Source: Heteronotia binoei
Taxonomy: Eukaryota
Direction of reading: 5' to 3'
Length of the DNA: 64,000 nucleotides
Assembly: GCF_032191835.1 (NCBI RefSeq)
Contig: NC_083237.1
Span: forward strand, 12,090,001-12,154,000
The notes under the pieces were generated by a model that searched no databases, was not told where the DNA came from, and worked only from the letters and a program-made list of their open reading frames with translations. The translations under genes were made by a program, and so were the position numbers. This document shows, piece by piece, positions 1-11,423 of the stretch. The stretch's first letter is position 1. Each line of letters begins with the position of its first letter.

Positions 1-101
1 AGAAGGAGGGGAAGGAGAAGAAGGAGGAGGAGAAGGAGAAGAAGGAGAAGGAGGAGAAGAAGGAGGAGGAGGAGAAGGAGAAGAAGAAGAAAAAGAAGAA
101 G
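1..101. repeat. Purine-rich (GAA/GAG)n microsatellite
   Basis: Run of gaaggag/gaagaag triplets at the window start. Confidence 0.9.
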
Positions 102-119
102 GCAGCGGCGATGTTTGTT

Positions 120-348
120 TGTCATCCTGTCACAGCTGACTTATATGGCAACCCTGTAAGGTTTTCAAGGCAGGAAACGTTCAGAGGTGGCTTGCCATGG
201 CCTGCTTCTGCATAGCAATCCTGGTGGTCTTCCATCCAAATACCATCCTTGGTGGTCTCCCATCCAAATACTGACCAGGGCCGACCCTGCTGAGCTTCCA
301 GGATCTCATAAGATCAGGCTAACCTGGACCGTCCTGGTCAGGTAAGGG
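120..348 (-). mobile_element. 5S rRNA-derived SINE
   Basis: 252-345 is a degenerate reverse complement of vertebrate 5S rRNA (ggtctcccatccaaatactgaccagggccgaccctgc), joined to a non-5S tail that recurs at 16345, 34620, 47495 and 59680. Confidence 0.7.
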
Positions 349-443
349 GAATTTCTTCTTGACTCGAGGGCATAAGGTTATAGTCTATGTCACTGAAGCA
401 AGGTCTACCCAACTGAGTATTGGACTGAATCCAAAGAAGTTAC

Positions 444-495
444 CTGCAGTCAGAGACAGAAGCAAAGCTGCAATTCGGATAGCCGACAGCCCCAT
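444..495 (-). CDS. TRAV: Leader exon of a second TCR alpha V segment; V exon presumably left of the window
   Basis: ATG at 495-493 encodes hydrophobic MGLSAIRIAALLLSLTA plus 1 nt, followed by a phase-1 donor GTAACT (443-438). Same design and strand as the leader at 8064-8106. Confidence 0.65.
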
Positions 496-740
496 CTTGT
501 GTGAGAAAGACATGATGAATGAGCTTCCTGCATGGCAGAGCTGTGATACAGACCACAAGCTTGTGGGGGCGGTTTCATGTTCCTCCTTGGGAGGGTCAAA
601 GGAAACAGCTGCCTTTGTTCTTGTCACAGCATCCCATGTTATCTGCAGCAGGAATTGCCCAAATATGTTAGATGGAACCAGAAAGAATCTGGCCCTGGAT
701 CTCTCCAAGCTCAGTTTAGGGGAAATCAGCACATTCAAAA

Positions 741-1037
741 AGGAAGAAGAAGAAGAAGAAGACGACGACAACGACGACATTGGATTTATATCCCACCCTC
801 CACTGAATCTCAGAGTCTCAGAGCAGTTCACAATCTCCTTAATCTTCCTCCCTACAACAGACACCCTGTGAGGTGGGTGGGGCTGAGAGGGCTCTCACAG
901 CAGCTGCCCTTTCAAGGACAACCTCTGCCAGAGCTATGGCTGACCCAAGACCATTCCAGCAGCTGTAAGTGGAGGAGTTGGGAATCAAACCCAGTTCTCC
1001 CAGATAAGAGTCCGGGCACTTAACCACTACACCAAAC
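741..1037 (-). mobile_element. tRNA-derived MIR/Ther1-like SINE (Squam3-type)
   Basis: Reverse complement of the tRNA-like head gtttggtgtagtggttaag, core acctcacagggtgtctg, and (CTT)n tail; many copies in the window. Confidence 0.8.
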
Positions 1038-1066
1038 AGTGCCATCCCCTGGAGATTGTACCACTG

Positions 1067-1166
1067 NNNNNNNNNNNNNNNNNNNNNNNNNNNNNNNNNN
1101 NNNNNNNNNNNNNNNNNNNNNNNNNNNNNNNNNNNNNNNNNNNNNNNNNNNNNNNNNNNNNNNNNN
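1067..1166. other. Assembly gap
   Basis: 100 N. Confidence 1.
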
Positions 1167-1310
1167 CGACAAATCTGAGGTCTCTCATAAACATAATAGA
1201 TTAAAATAAGACCATCACTCCAACAATAGTACAGCTTGAGATCATCGTTCAGCACACATTCAATTCCTATGACCAAATGAAAAGAAACCTTCCCAGTTGT
1301 TTGGGCAAAG

Positions 1311-1598
1311 AAGATGAAGAAGAAGATGATATTGGATTTATATCCCGCCCTCCACTCCGAAGAGTCTCAGAGCGGCTCACAATCTCCTTTACCTTCCTCC
1401 CCCCACTACAGACACCCTGTGAGGTGGGTGGGGCTGGAGAGGGCTTTCACAGCAGCTGCCCTTTCAAGGACGACCTCTGCCAGAGCTATGGCTGACCCAA
1501 GGCCATTCCAGCAGCTGCAAGTGGAGAAGTGGGGAATCAAACCCGGTTCTCCCAGATAAGAGTCCCTACACTTAACCACTACACCAAACTGGCTCTCC
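1311..1598 (-). mobile_element. Squam3-type SINE
   Basis: Near-identical to 741-1037. Confidence 0.8.
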
Positions 1599-1771
1599 TT
1601 GCAAGCGTTAGCAAACAGAGCAAAGTTGGAGTCCAGTGGCACCTTTATGTCCAACCAAGTCTAATTCCTTTAAGACCAACCAAGTTTAATTCAGAATGTA
1701 AGCTTTTGTGCGCAAGCGTACTTCATCAGACAAAGGAATGGGGTACAGTGAGCAGAGCTACATATAGAGCA

Positions 1772-2288
1772 TAGGGTTGCCAATCCCCAGGTGGGGGCAG
1801 GGGATCCCCCGGTTTGGAGGCCCTCCCCCTGCTTTAGGGTCATCAGAAAGCGGGGGGGGGGGGAGGAAAGGGAAATGTCTGCTGGGAACTCTATTATTCC
1901 CTATGGAGATTTATTCCCATAGAAAATAATGGAGAATTGATCCACAGGTATCTGGGGCTCTGGGGGGGGGCTGTTTGTTGAGGTAGAGGCACCAAATTTT
2001 CAGTACAGCATCTAGTGCCTCTCCCCAAAATATCCCCCAAGTTTCAAAATGATTGGACCAGGGGGTCCAAGTCTATGAGCCCCAAAAGAATGTGCCCCTA
2101 TCCTTCATTATTTCCTATGGAAGGAAGGCATTGAAAAGGTGTGCTGTCCCTTTAAATGTGATGGCCAGAACTCCCTTTGGAGTTCAGTTATTCTTGTCAC
2201 AGCCTTGATCTTGGCTCCACCCCAATGTCTCCTGGCTCCATCCCCAAAGTCTCCTGGCTCCACCCCCAAAGTGGACTTGGCAACCCTA
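1772..2288 (+). mobile_element. hAT-type MITE, TAGGGTTGCCAA family
   Basis: 12-bp TIR TAGGGTTGCCAA/TTGGCAACCCTA; perfect 8-bp TSD ATAGAGCA (1764-1771, 2289-2296). Confidence 0.9.
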
Positions 2289-2371
2289 ATAGAGCAGGTG
2301 GGCAGTGGTTAGGAATGCCAAGTGGCACGAAGTTAGAATCCAACGGCAAGATAGTGAAATTAACAAATTAA

Positions 2372-2386
2372 CCACAAGATGGCAGC
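2372..2386 (+). promoter_or_regulatory. Candidate CTCF site
   Basis: CCACAAGATGGCAGC closely matches the core consensus CCACNAGRTGGCAG and lies in unique DNA between two V segments. Confidence 0.35.
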
Positions 2387-2821
2387 ACATGAAAGAAAAA
2401 CACAGGTTCCAAGCGAGGGTGTATTTTTGAACTGGTAGCATAGAGTAATTTGCGGAAAGTACCGTAGCTCCGTTCTTGTACGGATTTCAAAGTTGTGTGT
2501 TCCAAATTTCAATATAATGTGTGTGGTTTAAAAAGGGGATAACCAACAGGCCCGGTGAGTCCATTGAGCCGTAGTAGGTGGCTGTCTGGAGCGCCAAGTT
2601 GGGGAGAGGGCACTGGGTTTGGGCCTTTCCTCCCACCTGTGCTTTGCATATTAGAACACATACCCCTGATGGAGTCAATCCTCCTGAAGCTTCCAGTAGG
2701 CCCTGTATGAAGAGCCCTGTAAGCTCTTGGAGGACTGGCTATATCAGGGGTGTGTGGCCTAATATGGAAAGGAGTTACAAAAAAAGCCCCACCTACAGGG
2801 TCACCAGAAGTCAACTGTGAC

Positions 2822-3215
2822 CAGGGCTTTTTTTGTAGAAGGAACTCCTTTGCATATTAGGCCACACACCCCTGATGTAGCCAATCCTCCAAGAGCTTGG
2901 AATTCTAGCAGGGGCTCCTTTGCATATTAGGCCACACACCCCTGATATAGCCAGTCCTCCAAGAGCTTGGAATTCTAGCAGGAGCTCCTTTGCATATTAG
3001 GCCACACACCCCTGATATAGCCAGTCCTCCAAGAGCTTGGAATTCTAGCAGGGGCTTCTTTGCATATTAGGCCACACACCCCTGATGTAGCCAATCCTCC
3101 TGGAGCTTACAGTAGGCCCTGCAAGAACAGCCCTGTAAGCTCTTGGAGGATAGGCTCCATCAGGGGTGCGTGGCCTAATATGCAAAGAAGTTCCTGCTAC
3201 AAAAAAAAAGCCCTG
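2822..3215 (+). mobile_element. Palindromic hAT MITE, CAGGG family, with four tandem left arms
   Basis: Ends CAGGGCTTTTTTTG / AAAAAAAGCCCTG; TSD ACTGTGAC/GCTGTGAC; internal 70-bp unit repeated four times. Confidence 0.85.
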
Positions 3216-4029
3216 GCTGTGACTTGATCACACTCTCCACTGCACTTTTATTATTTATTTATTTGCTTGCTTGCTTATGTTTTTATTTATTTATTTAAAT
3301 TTCTCTTTCGCTCTTCCCAAAATGGGCTCAGGGAAGATTAAAATCGCTTAAAACATCAGAAGGATGCAATTAATTAAAAACCGTATTAAAACTTGGAATA
3401 AGTCCCTTAATTTTATAAATAAATTAGAAAAATAGAGGCCACCTTTGGCAATGTATCGAATGCTTGGGGATAACGATCGGGGACCATCCCTGGAGATGGT
3501 GGTTTGCATGTTGAAGGTCCCAGGTTTGATCCAGAGCATCACTCACTAAGTTAAGGATGATGGGAAAGACCCTCCTCTGACGAGGAGCCAATCCAATAAG
3601 AAAGACAGCGCTGAGCTAAATGGAACTTTGATCAGACTTGTTTGTTTATTTATACGCCATGTTGATTCATACCCCACTTCTCTTCCCTGGTGGGAACCCG
3701 AAGCAGCTAACATCATCACTCCCCCCTTCCGTTTTACCCTCACAACCACCCTGCGAGGCCAAGGGAGAGTGATTGGCCCCAGGTTTCCCAGAGAGCTTCC
3801 ATGGCACAGTGGGCACACCCTCCCCACTCCGCCATGTTCTAGCCTCTGTGTATGGATGAGAGCACACACAGGACCTTTTTTCCTGTATGGATTTAAGTTA
3901 AATAGTAATAATAATAATAATTTCTCTGCACTCATATATGTGAAGAGGCATTAAATTTAAATCCTCAAACGGCCCTATACTGCCTTTTCCCATATTTATT
4001 TGTTCGATTTATATCCCGCCCTACCCCAC

Positions 4030-4590
4030 ATATGGAGCAAAGGTCCATCAGTGGCTCCAAGCTGCAACATATAGATGGCACACTACGTCTGGGGCAGTGA
4101 TGCTCTGTATTCTTGATGCTTGGGTGGGAGGCAATAGTGGGAGGGCCTCTGGAGTTCTGGTCCAGCTGGTGGGCCTCCTGATGGCCCCTGGGCTTTTGCC
4201 ACTGTGTGACAGAGAGTGTCCTTTGCATATTAAGCCACACACCCCTGATGGAGCCAATCCTCCAAGAGCTTACAGGGCTCTTCTTGCAGGGCTTACTGTA
4301 AGCTCCAGAATGATTGGCTACATCAGGGGTGTGTGGCCTAATATGCAAAGGAGTTCCTGCTACAAAAAAAGCCCTGGTCACAGTTGGACCAACATGGTTT
4401 CTCTTATGTCTGGGGCAGTGATGCTCTGACTGCTTGGTGCTTTGGAGGGCCACAATGGAAGGTTCTCTGGAGTTCTGGCCCAGTTGGTGGACCTCCTCAT
4501 GGACCCTGGGTTTTGGCTACTGTCTGACACAGGGTGTTGGACTGGATGGGCCACTGGCCTAATCCAACATGGCTTCTCTTATGTCCTTAT
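4030..4590 (+). mobile_element. CR1 3'-UTR fragments interrupted by a CAGGG-family MITE (~4219-4376)
   Basis: CR1 tail motifs (tgttggactggatgggcc...ttctcttatg) flank an inverted-repeat MITE. Confidence 0.65.
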
Positions 4591-4879
4591 GAACCTATCT
4601 ATCCACTCTTGTCATCTGTGGAGGCCTTGCATCAGGTGCCCCAAGCATTTCAGGCTAGACATGTCACAACCTGATAAAGGGCCTTCTCCCTCATGGCACC
4701 AAAATTTTGGGACTCCCTTTTCAAGAAGGTTTGTCTGCCTCCCTCTATTGTGATCTTCAGCCAGCAAGTGAAGACCTTTTCATTCTGTTTAGCCATACTC
4801 CCAATAACTGTGATTGGTCTTCTCTCTGGTTTTGAGTGTTATGTGTGCTGATATGCTTTTATTGGATTGTTTGTTGGAC

Positions 4880-5110
4880 TCTAATCTAGAGAACTGGGTT
4901 TGATTCCCCACTCCCCCACATGAAGCCAACTGATTGATCTAGGGTCAGTCACAGTTATCAGAACTGTTCTCTCAAGAGCAGTTCTCTCAGAGTTTGTGTT
5001 GCAGGGAGAGAAAGGGAAGGAGATTGTAAGCCCCCCTGAGACTCGGAGTGAAGGGCGGGATATAAATCCAATTTCTTCTTCATCATCTTCACCTGCTTCT
5101 TCCTCCTCCA
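4880..5110 (+). mobile_element. Squam3-type SINE, diverged
   Basis: Head ggactctaatct...gggtttgattcccc and CTT-rich tail. Confidence 0.7.
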
Positions 5111-5129
5111 CCACCTCTTTTGAAATATT

Positions 5130-6125
5130 GTTTCACTGAATTATTATCTTTTTATTATTGAATATGTATACCCTTTATTTTAAATATTTTGAAATGCATT
5201 AATGTTTGATATGCACTGCCTAATTGAAGTTCAGAAGATATGTGGGAAAAGAATGGAAAATAAAGGGACATTGGGTGATTTTTGATAATAAATGAGGGTA
5301 GGGTTGCCAATCCCCAGGTGGGGGCAGGGGATCCCCCGGTCTGCAGGCCCTCCCCTCGCTTCAGGGTCGTCAGAAAGCGGGGGGAGGGGAGGGAAATGTC
5401 TGCTGGGAACTCTATTATTTCCATAGAAAGTCATGGAGAATTGGTCTGCGGGTATCTGGGGCTCTGGGGGGGGGCTGTTTTGGGGGGGTAGAGGCACCAA
5501 ATTTTCAGTATAGCATCTAGTGCCTCTCCCCAAAATACCCCCCAAGTTTCAAAAAGGTTGGAGCAGGGGGTCCAATTCTATGAGCCCCAAAAGAAGGTGC
5601 CCCTATCCTTCATTATTTCCTATGGAAGGAAGGAGTTGAAAAGGTGTGCCATCCCTTTAAATGTGATGGCCAGAACTCCCCTTGGAGTTCAATTATGCTT
5701 GTCCCAGCCTTGATCTTGGCTCCACCCCTAATGTCTTCTGGCTCCACCCCCAAAGTCTCCTGGCTCCCCCCCCCCCCAAAGTCCCCAGATATTTCTTGAA
5801 TTGGACTTGGCAACCCTAATTGAGGGGGTTTTTTAAAGAAGGGGAAAAAAGAAGAATGAAGATGGATTACAATAATTGAGTTGGTTTATATAGGTTTTGT
5901 TTACTCTCTTGTAGGATGATACGTAGTTTTCTTTTTAAGGAAATTCTTTAAGGATAAGGTTACCTCTTTTTTTATTAGTATTCTAAGTAATTGACACTGG
6001 CGGGAGTCTTGATATGGGGGGAGGGGAGGATAAAATGAGTAATGTATATGGGATAGGTATAGAGTGGGGTTTTTTATGTTATTAGTATTGGATAATACTA
6101 CCATATGTTACTAAATAAAATTGTT
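5130..6125 (+). mobile_element. L1 3'-end fragment, split by a MITE at 5299-5818
   Basis: Homologous to the L1 3' end at 6580-6870 (gaagttcagaagata...aataaagggaca, sequence resumes at 5827). Confidence 0.6.
5299..5818 (+). mobile_element. hAT MITE, TAGGGTTGCCAA family
   Basis: TIRs as at 1772; TSD AATGAGGG/ATTGAGGG. Confidence 0.9.
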
Positions 6126-6273
6126 TTAACAGATATGCACTGCCTGATTGGATGGAAAGGTGGTATAGTGATGTTTCATATAAATAAATACTAATATAAA
6201 ATGCTGCAAAGAATGGCGGGGGAAAGTATGTGTGGAACAGTTACATGCCACATAAAAATGCTGACTGCAGAGT

Positions 6274-6874
6274 AAAAAACATGAAGGTTCTTTCTACCAT
6301 ATGTGGTGGACTTGTGAAAGAGCGAAAAAGTATTGGCAGATGATTCAACAAGAGATTTCTAAGGTCTTGGGATACGAATTTAACAAAGTTGCAGAGACTT
6401 TTCTGTTGGGATTACAAATGGTACTTACTCTCAGCTGCTAGGACATTGTATGCGCAGTTGTGGAAGCAAGAAAAAATACCAGAGAAATGAGATTGGATTG
6501 TAAAAGTTATGACATGGAGTGAAATGGACAAGTTAACCAGAACCTTAAAATAGTATAATTTAGAAGTATTTAAGATGGAGTGGAAAAAGTTCAGAAGATA
6601 CGTAGAAAAACAGTTGAAAATAAAAGGACATTTGACAATTTTTGATAATGACTAAGTACAAGAGGGAGGAGGATATTAATTTTGGTTCCTATTAATTAAG
6701 GGTACCTTTAATATTAAGATTTTAAGTATATAACACCGGTAGGGGTCAAGTAACGGGGGGGAGGGGTGGGTAGAAAGTAATATATGGGATAGATTTAAAA
6801 AAGTAATTATTAATGATGTAAGAAATTGAAATTTATTACCATACATTACTAAAAAAAATTGTTTGAAACGCAAA
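6274..6874 (+). mobile_element. 5'-truncated L1 LINE
   Basis: Encodes HEGSFYHMWWTCERAKKYW (L1 ORF2 C-terminal Cys/His region), has an A-rich end, and a 20-bp TSD AAAAATGCTGACTGCAGAGT (6254-6273, 6875-6894). Confidence 0.8.
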
Positions 6875-7149
6875 AAAAATGCTGACTGCAGAGTGACAAT
6901 TGTGTTCACTTGTTGCAGCACCGAGATGAATACTGAGCCCAGAAGTGGATGCTGTAGTTCTGCTACCACAGTCTGCAAGTCAAGACATAACAGTGAGTAT
7001 AGAATTCGGCATCCCCAAAATCTGTAGCTCCTGTGCAACTGAGCAAGTCTGGCAAAGCAAGCTGTGATGCGGAAAGAAGCGAGAGACAGAGAAGGAAGCA
7101 GATGACAGGGAGTCGCTTGCGATACGGATAGGAGCTTTCCAGGGGCCTG

Positions 7150-7357
7150 ATCTGACCCTCAGGTGGCATGTTTGACACTCCTGCCCTGTGAGGTAGGTGG
7201 GCCTGAGAGAGCTCTCCCAGAAACTGCCCTTTCAAGGACAGTTCTGCGAGAGCTATGGCTGACCCAAGTCCATCCCAGCAGCTGCAAGTGGAGGAGAGGG
7301 GAATCCAACCTGGTTCTCCTGGATAAGAGTCCGCGTACTGAACCACTACACCAAACT
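7150..7357 (-). mobile_element. Squam3-type SINE, 3'-truncated
   Basis: Same head and core as the other copies. Confidence 0.75.
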
Positions 7358-7476
7358 AGCCCTCCTTCTCTGCTGCCAAATTAAAGCCACGTTTGTGAAC
7401 TCCAAGCCCAAAACCTGATTTCCGAGCCAAAAGCAGCCAGTGATCTGAAAAGCCAACTTCTCCATCATAACTGTAG

Positions 7477-7515
7477 AGTTTTTGCTCAGGCTACCAGAGC
7501 ACCTGCCTCACTGTG
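7477..7515 (-). promoter_or_regulatory. V(D)J recombination signal sequence, 23-bp spacer
   Basis: Minus strand: heptamer CACAGTG (7515-7509), exactly 23 nt, nonamer GCAAAAACT (7485-7477), directly after the CAVE codons. Confidence 0.93.
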
Positions 7516-8106
7516 CTTCCACAGCACAGAAGTAGGTGGCTGCGTCTCTGTGCTGGACCCCTGTGATGTTCAGGCGACTCAGCTTCTCCTCTTTGTTGAG
7601 GTCGGCACTGAAGTTGGGTTCCTTTCTGCCTTCCTTTCCCGCTATCGTGAGCAGATGCGTAGGTCCCTCTCCCGGGAACTGCCGGTACCACTGCAAGCTG
7701 GCGAAATATCCTGTTTCATACTTGCAGGCAATGGTGGAAGTCTCTCCTTCCCTGGTGAACCCCAGCAGGCTCTGGTTTACCTTGACTTGGCATCTCACAC
7801 CTGAATAAAAACAACATGCGGTTAATTCAGAGCAATGTTGGCCAACCTGTCCATCAGGATAGACCTTGGAATTCCCTGGATGAACCTCTCACTAGAATGG
7901 AGGCATAGCCTTTAAGTTCAACAGAACTTAAGTTCAATAGAGCTTAGAGGACCTCTTAAAATGTGGGTCATTCTGCTTTGTCAGAAAGGAGAAATTACAT
8001 AGGAAAAGATCTGAAGAGACACCAGAGTGTAGATAAGAAAAGCAATGCTGAAAAATCCATTACCAAAAAATAGTAGCATTGGGAAAACCCACTGGAACAT
8101 CTTCAT
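7516..8106 (-). CDS. TRAV: T-cell receptor alpha variable segment (leader exon 8106-8064, intron 8063-7801, V exon 7800-7516); apparently functional
   Basis: Leader MKMFQWVFPMLLFF+G with donor GTAATG and acceptor TTTTATTCAG. Open Ig-V domain with C23 (IAC), W41 (LQWYRQ), D-x-A-x-Y-F-C and a CAVE end, followed by a 23-RSS. TRA rather than TRB/IGH is inferred from the CAV end and the OR10 neighbourhood. Confidence 0.88.
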
Positions 8107-8777
8107 CAAGATCCTTGACTTCTTCTGCTGAAACACGAGGTGTTGAGAGCAAAACCTCAACTCAGTAAAGTCATGATTCACATACATGGTTGCTGTTGCT
8201 ATACTCAGCCAATCGCAAGCCAGAGGGGTGGGGAGCAAGGAGTGAGGAATGTACTGTTTGGTCCCCAAAAGAAGTGATCTGCCCAAGGAAGTTGGTGAAT
8301 TGGTGGTGGAGCCCATCTCTCCATTGTACAATTGCCAACAGTGGGCTGAAAATTCCTATAAGTTTGGGGGTGGAACCTGGGGAGAGTGGAGTTTGGGGAA
8401 GGGAAGAACCCGGCAAAGTACAATGTCATAAAGTTCACTTTCCAAAGCAACTGGTTTTCCAGGGGGGGGTGGTCTCTGTGGTCTGGAGGCCAGCTGTAGT
8501 TCTGGAAGAACTCCAGTTTTCGTCTGGAGGTTGGCAACCCTAGGTTAAGAGAGGGCACAGCGACCCACCAGAAAGGTTTCCTGAAAGTTAAATTTTAGGT
8601 CCATGCTTGCACCCTTCATCTGAGGAGCTCACAGAACAGTGGCTTCCTACCCAGATAGAAACTTGAACACAGCTCTCCTCGATTTTAATGGGTACTCCAA
8701 GAACTACACCAAACTGGACCATTCTTAAGGAACTCTGAGCACAGTAAACCCTTGAGAAGATCATGGGCCCCAACTAG

Positions 8778-8995
8778 TAGAGTTGCCAGGTCTGTGTTGA
8801 AAAACACCTGGAGACTTTGGGAGGTGGGATCTGGGAAAAGGTGGGGTTTGGGGAGGGGAGGGGCCTCAGCGTGGTTCAATGCTATGGACCCCACCCTTCA
8901 AAGCAGCCGTTTTCTCCAGGGGAGCTGATCTCTGTCAGCTGGAGAGCAGTTGTAGAAGTAGATCTTCAGGTCCCACCTGGAGGCTGGTGTCCCTA
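8778..8995 (+). mobile_element. Short TAGGGTTGCC-related MITE (related copies ~8328-8542, 17460-17678, 34231-34420)
   Basis: Degenerate TIRs; the 17460-17678 copy has TSD AATAGGGC/AACAGGGC. Confidence 0.65.
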
Positions 8996-9215
8996 TCAAT
9001 CAGACAACCCAGGACACCGTCACAAAACTACAATTCCCAGTGTTCCTTGTGGGAAAGCCTTGGTTTCTGGAGATTCCATATATGAATGCTGTTTGCGTGG
9101 CAGCAGGTGGCAGCAAAGAGTTGAAAGCCATGACTCTCTCAATTGGAGGCCTTATTTGGGGTCTTAAAGAATGGATGCTTTGGCTGTGTTTCATTCTCTT
9201 AATGCTACTCACAGT

Positions 9216-9405
9216 CAGGGCTTTTTTGTAGCACAAACTCCATTGCATATTAGGCCACACTTCCTGGATGTAGCCAATACTCCAGGAGCTTACAGCGCTC
9301 TCAGTTCAGGGCCTACTGTAAGCTCCAGGAGGATTGGCTACATTTGGGGGGTGTGGCTGAATATGCAAAGGAGTTCCTGCTACAAAACAAAAAACAAAAA
9401 CGCTG
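9216..9405 (+). mobile_element. CAGGG-family palindromic MITE
   Basis: Inverted arms cagggcttttttgtagc...gctacaaaa. Confidence 0.75.
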
Positions 9406-9415
9406 CAGTCACGGT

Positions 9416-9886
9416 CAATGTTCCCTCTAAGCTACAGAATCTTGTGAGCAAAAATTCTACTTTGTAAGCTACTGGCAATAAAGCTCTGAGCTGCTGCATA
9501 AATTAGTTCACTCTGGGGCCATCCTTCCTGAGTTAAGACAAAAATGTGTTGGAAAGGAAAGGTCCCCTGTGCAAGCACCAGTCATTTCCGACTCTGGGGT
9601 GACGTTGCTTTCACAACGTTTTCATGGCAGACTTTTTTTACGGGATGGTTTGCCATTGCCTTCCCCAGTCTTTTACGTTTTCCCCCCCAGCAAGCTGGGT
9701 CCTCATTTGACCAACCTCCAAAGGATGGAAGGCTGAGTCAACCTGGAGCCGGCTACCTGAACCAGCTTCCGCTGGGATCGAACTCAGGTCGTGAGCAGAG
9801 AGCTCAGATCACAATACTGCTGCTTTACCACTCTGCGCCTTGTGTAAGCTGGAGGCTAAAAAAACCTCAGCTTAGAGGGAACTCTG
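9416..9886. mobile_element. hAT MITE, CAGTGTTCCCTCTAAG family, containing a Sauria SINE (~9550-9839, minus)
   Basis: TIR caatgttccctctaag/cttagagggaactctg; related copies at 19117-19310, ~19505-19720, 37648-37863 and 43670-43853. Confidence 0.75.
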
Positions 9887-10171
9887 CTCACAGTAGCAGA
9901 CTTTAAAGGAAGCGAGGGCTGACGGAAACCTGTGAAGTATAATACAGATAGGGATGTGAAGTATTTTCTAGGCTGCAGCAGACCAAATGTGGTGGTAGGA
10001 AGTTGTGGGGGGAAGGACTTGACTTGTTAGAGATTTTAAAAAAAAAAATGCCATCAATGCATATTACCCTACATCACTTGTGGGATAAACCAGGAAGCGG
10101 CATATAGTAGCTCAAGGAATCACTGGAAACTATGGTTTGACTACAGTGCTGTCAGCAATTCACCGATAAAA

Positions 10172-11423
10172 ACATAAGAGAAGCCATGTTGGATCAGGCC
10201 AATGGCCCATCCAGTCCAACACTCTGTGTCACATAAGAACATAAGAGAAGCCATGTTGGATCAGGCCAATGGTCCCTCCAGTCCAACATTCTGTGTCACA
10301 TAAGAGAAGCCATGTTGGATCAGGCCAATGGCCCATCCAGTCCAACACTCTGTGTCACATAAGAACATAAGAGAAGCCATGTTGGATCAGGCCAATGGCC
10401 CATCCAGTCCAACACTCTGTGTCACATAAGAACATAAGAGAAGCCATGTTGGATCAGGCCAATGGCCCATCCAGTCCAACACTCTGTGTCACATAAGGAC
10501 ATAAGAGAAGCCCTGTTAGATCAGGCCAATGGCCCATCCAGTCCAACACTCTGTGTCACATAAGAACATAAGAGAAGCCATGTTGGATCAGGCCAATGGC
10601 CCATCCAGTCCAACACTCTGTGTCACATAAGAACATAAGAGAAGCCCTGTTGGATCAGGCCAATGGCCCCTCCAGTCCAACACTCTGTGTCACATAAGAA
10701 CATAAGAGAAGCCCTGTTGGATCAGGCCAATGGCCCCTCCAGTCCAACACTCTGTGTCACATAAGAACATAAGAGAAGCCCTGTTGGATCAGGCCAATGG
10801 CCCCTCCAGTCCAACACTCTGTGTCACATAAGAGAAGCCCTGTTGGATCAGGCCAATGGCCCCTCCAGTCCAACACTCTGTGTCACATAAGTACATAAGA
10901 GAAGCCATGTTGGATCAGGCCAATGGCCCATCCAGTCCAACACTCTGTGTCACATAAGAACATAAGAGAAGCCATGTTGGATCAGGCCAATGGCCCCTCC
11001 AGTCCAACACTCTGTGTCACATAAGAACATAAGAGAAGCCCTGTTGGATCAGGCCAATGGCCCCTCCAGTCCAACACTCTGTGTCACATAAGAACATAAG
11101 AGAAGCCCTGTTGGATCAGGCCAATGGCCCCTCCAGTCCAACACTCTGTGTCACATAAGAACATAAGAGAAGCCCTGTTGGATCAGGCCAATGGCCCCTC
11201 CAGTCCAACACTCTGTGTCACATAAGAACATAAGAGAAGCCCTGTTAGATCAGGCCAGTGGCCCCTCCAGTCCAACACTCTGTGTCACATAAGAACATAA
11301 GAGAAGCCCTGTTGGATCAGGCCAATGGCCCCTCCAGTCCAACACTCTGTGTCACATAAGAACATAAGAGAAGCCCTGTTGGATCAGGCCAATGGCCCCT
11401 CCAGTCCAACACTCTGTGTCACA
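10172..11423 (-). repeat. Tandem array of the CR1 3' terminus, 19 units of 67 bp (some 59 bp)
   Basis: Unit cataagaacataagagaagccatgttggatcaggccaatggcccatccagtccaacactctgtgtca; 19 copies counted; continuous with the CR1 ORF2 fragment. Confidence 0.9.

Noticed and set aside
252-345. 5S rRNA gene
   Set aside because: Degenerate, incomplete and fused to a recurring SINE tail.
359-871. 170-aa acidic ORF
   Set aside because: Built from the antisense leader region plus a SINE microsatellite tail.
7516-7800. Assignment to IGHV, TRBV or a specific TRAV subgroup
   Set aside because: The CAVE end and context favour TRA; a subgroup cannot be assigned without a phylogeny.
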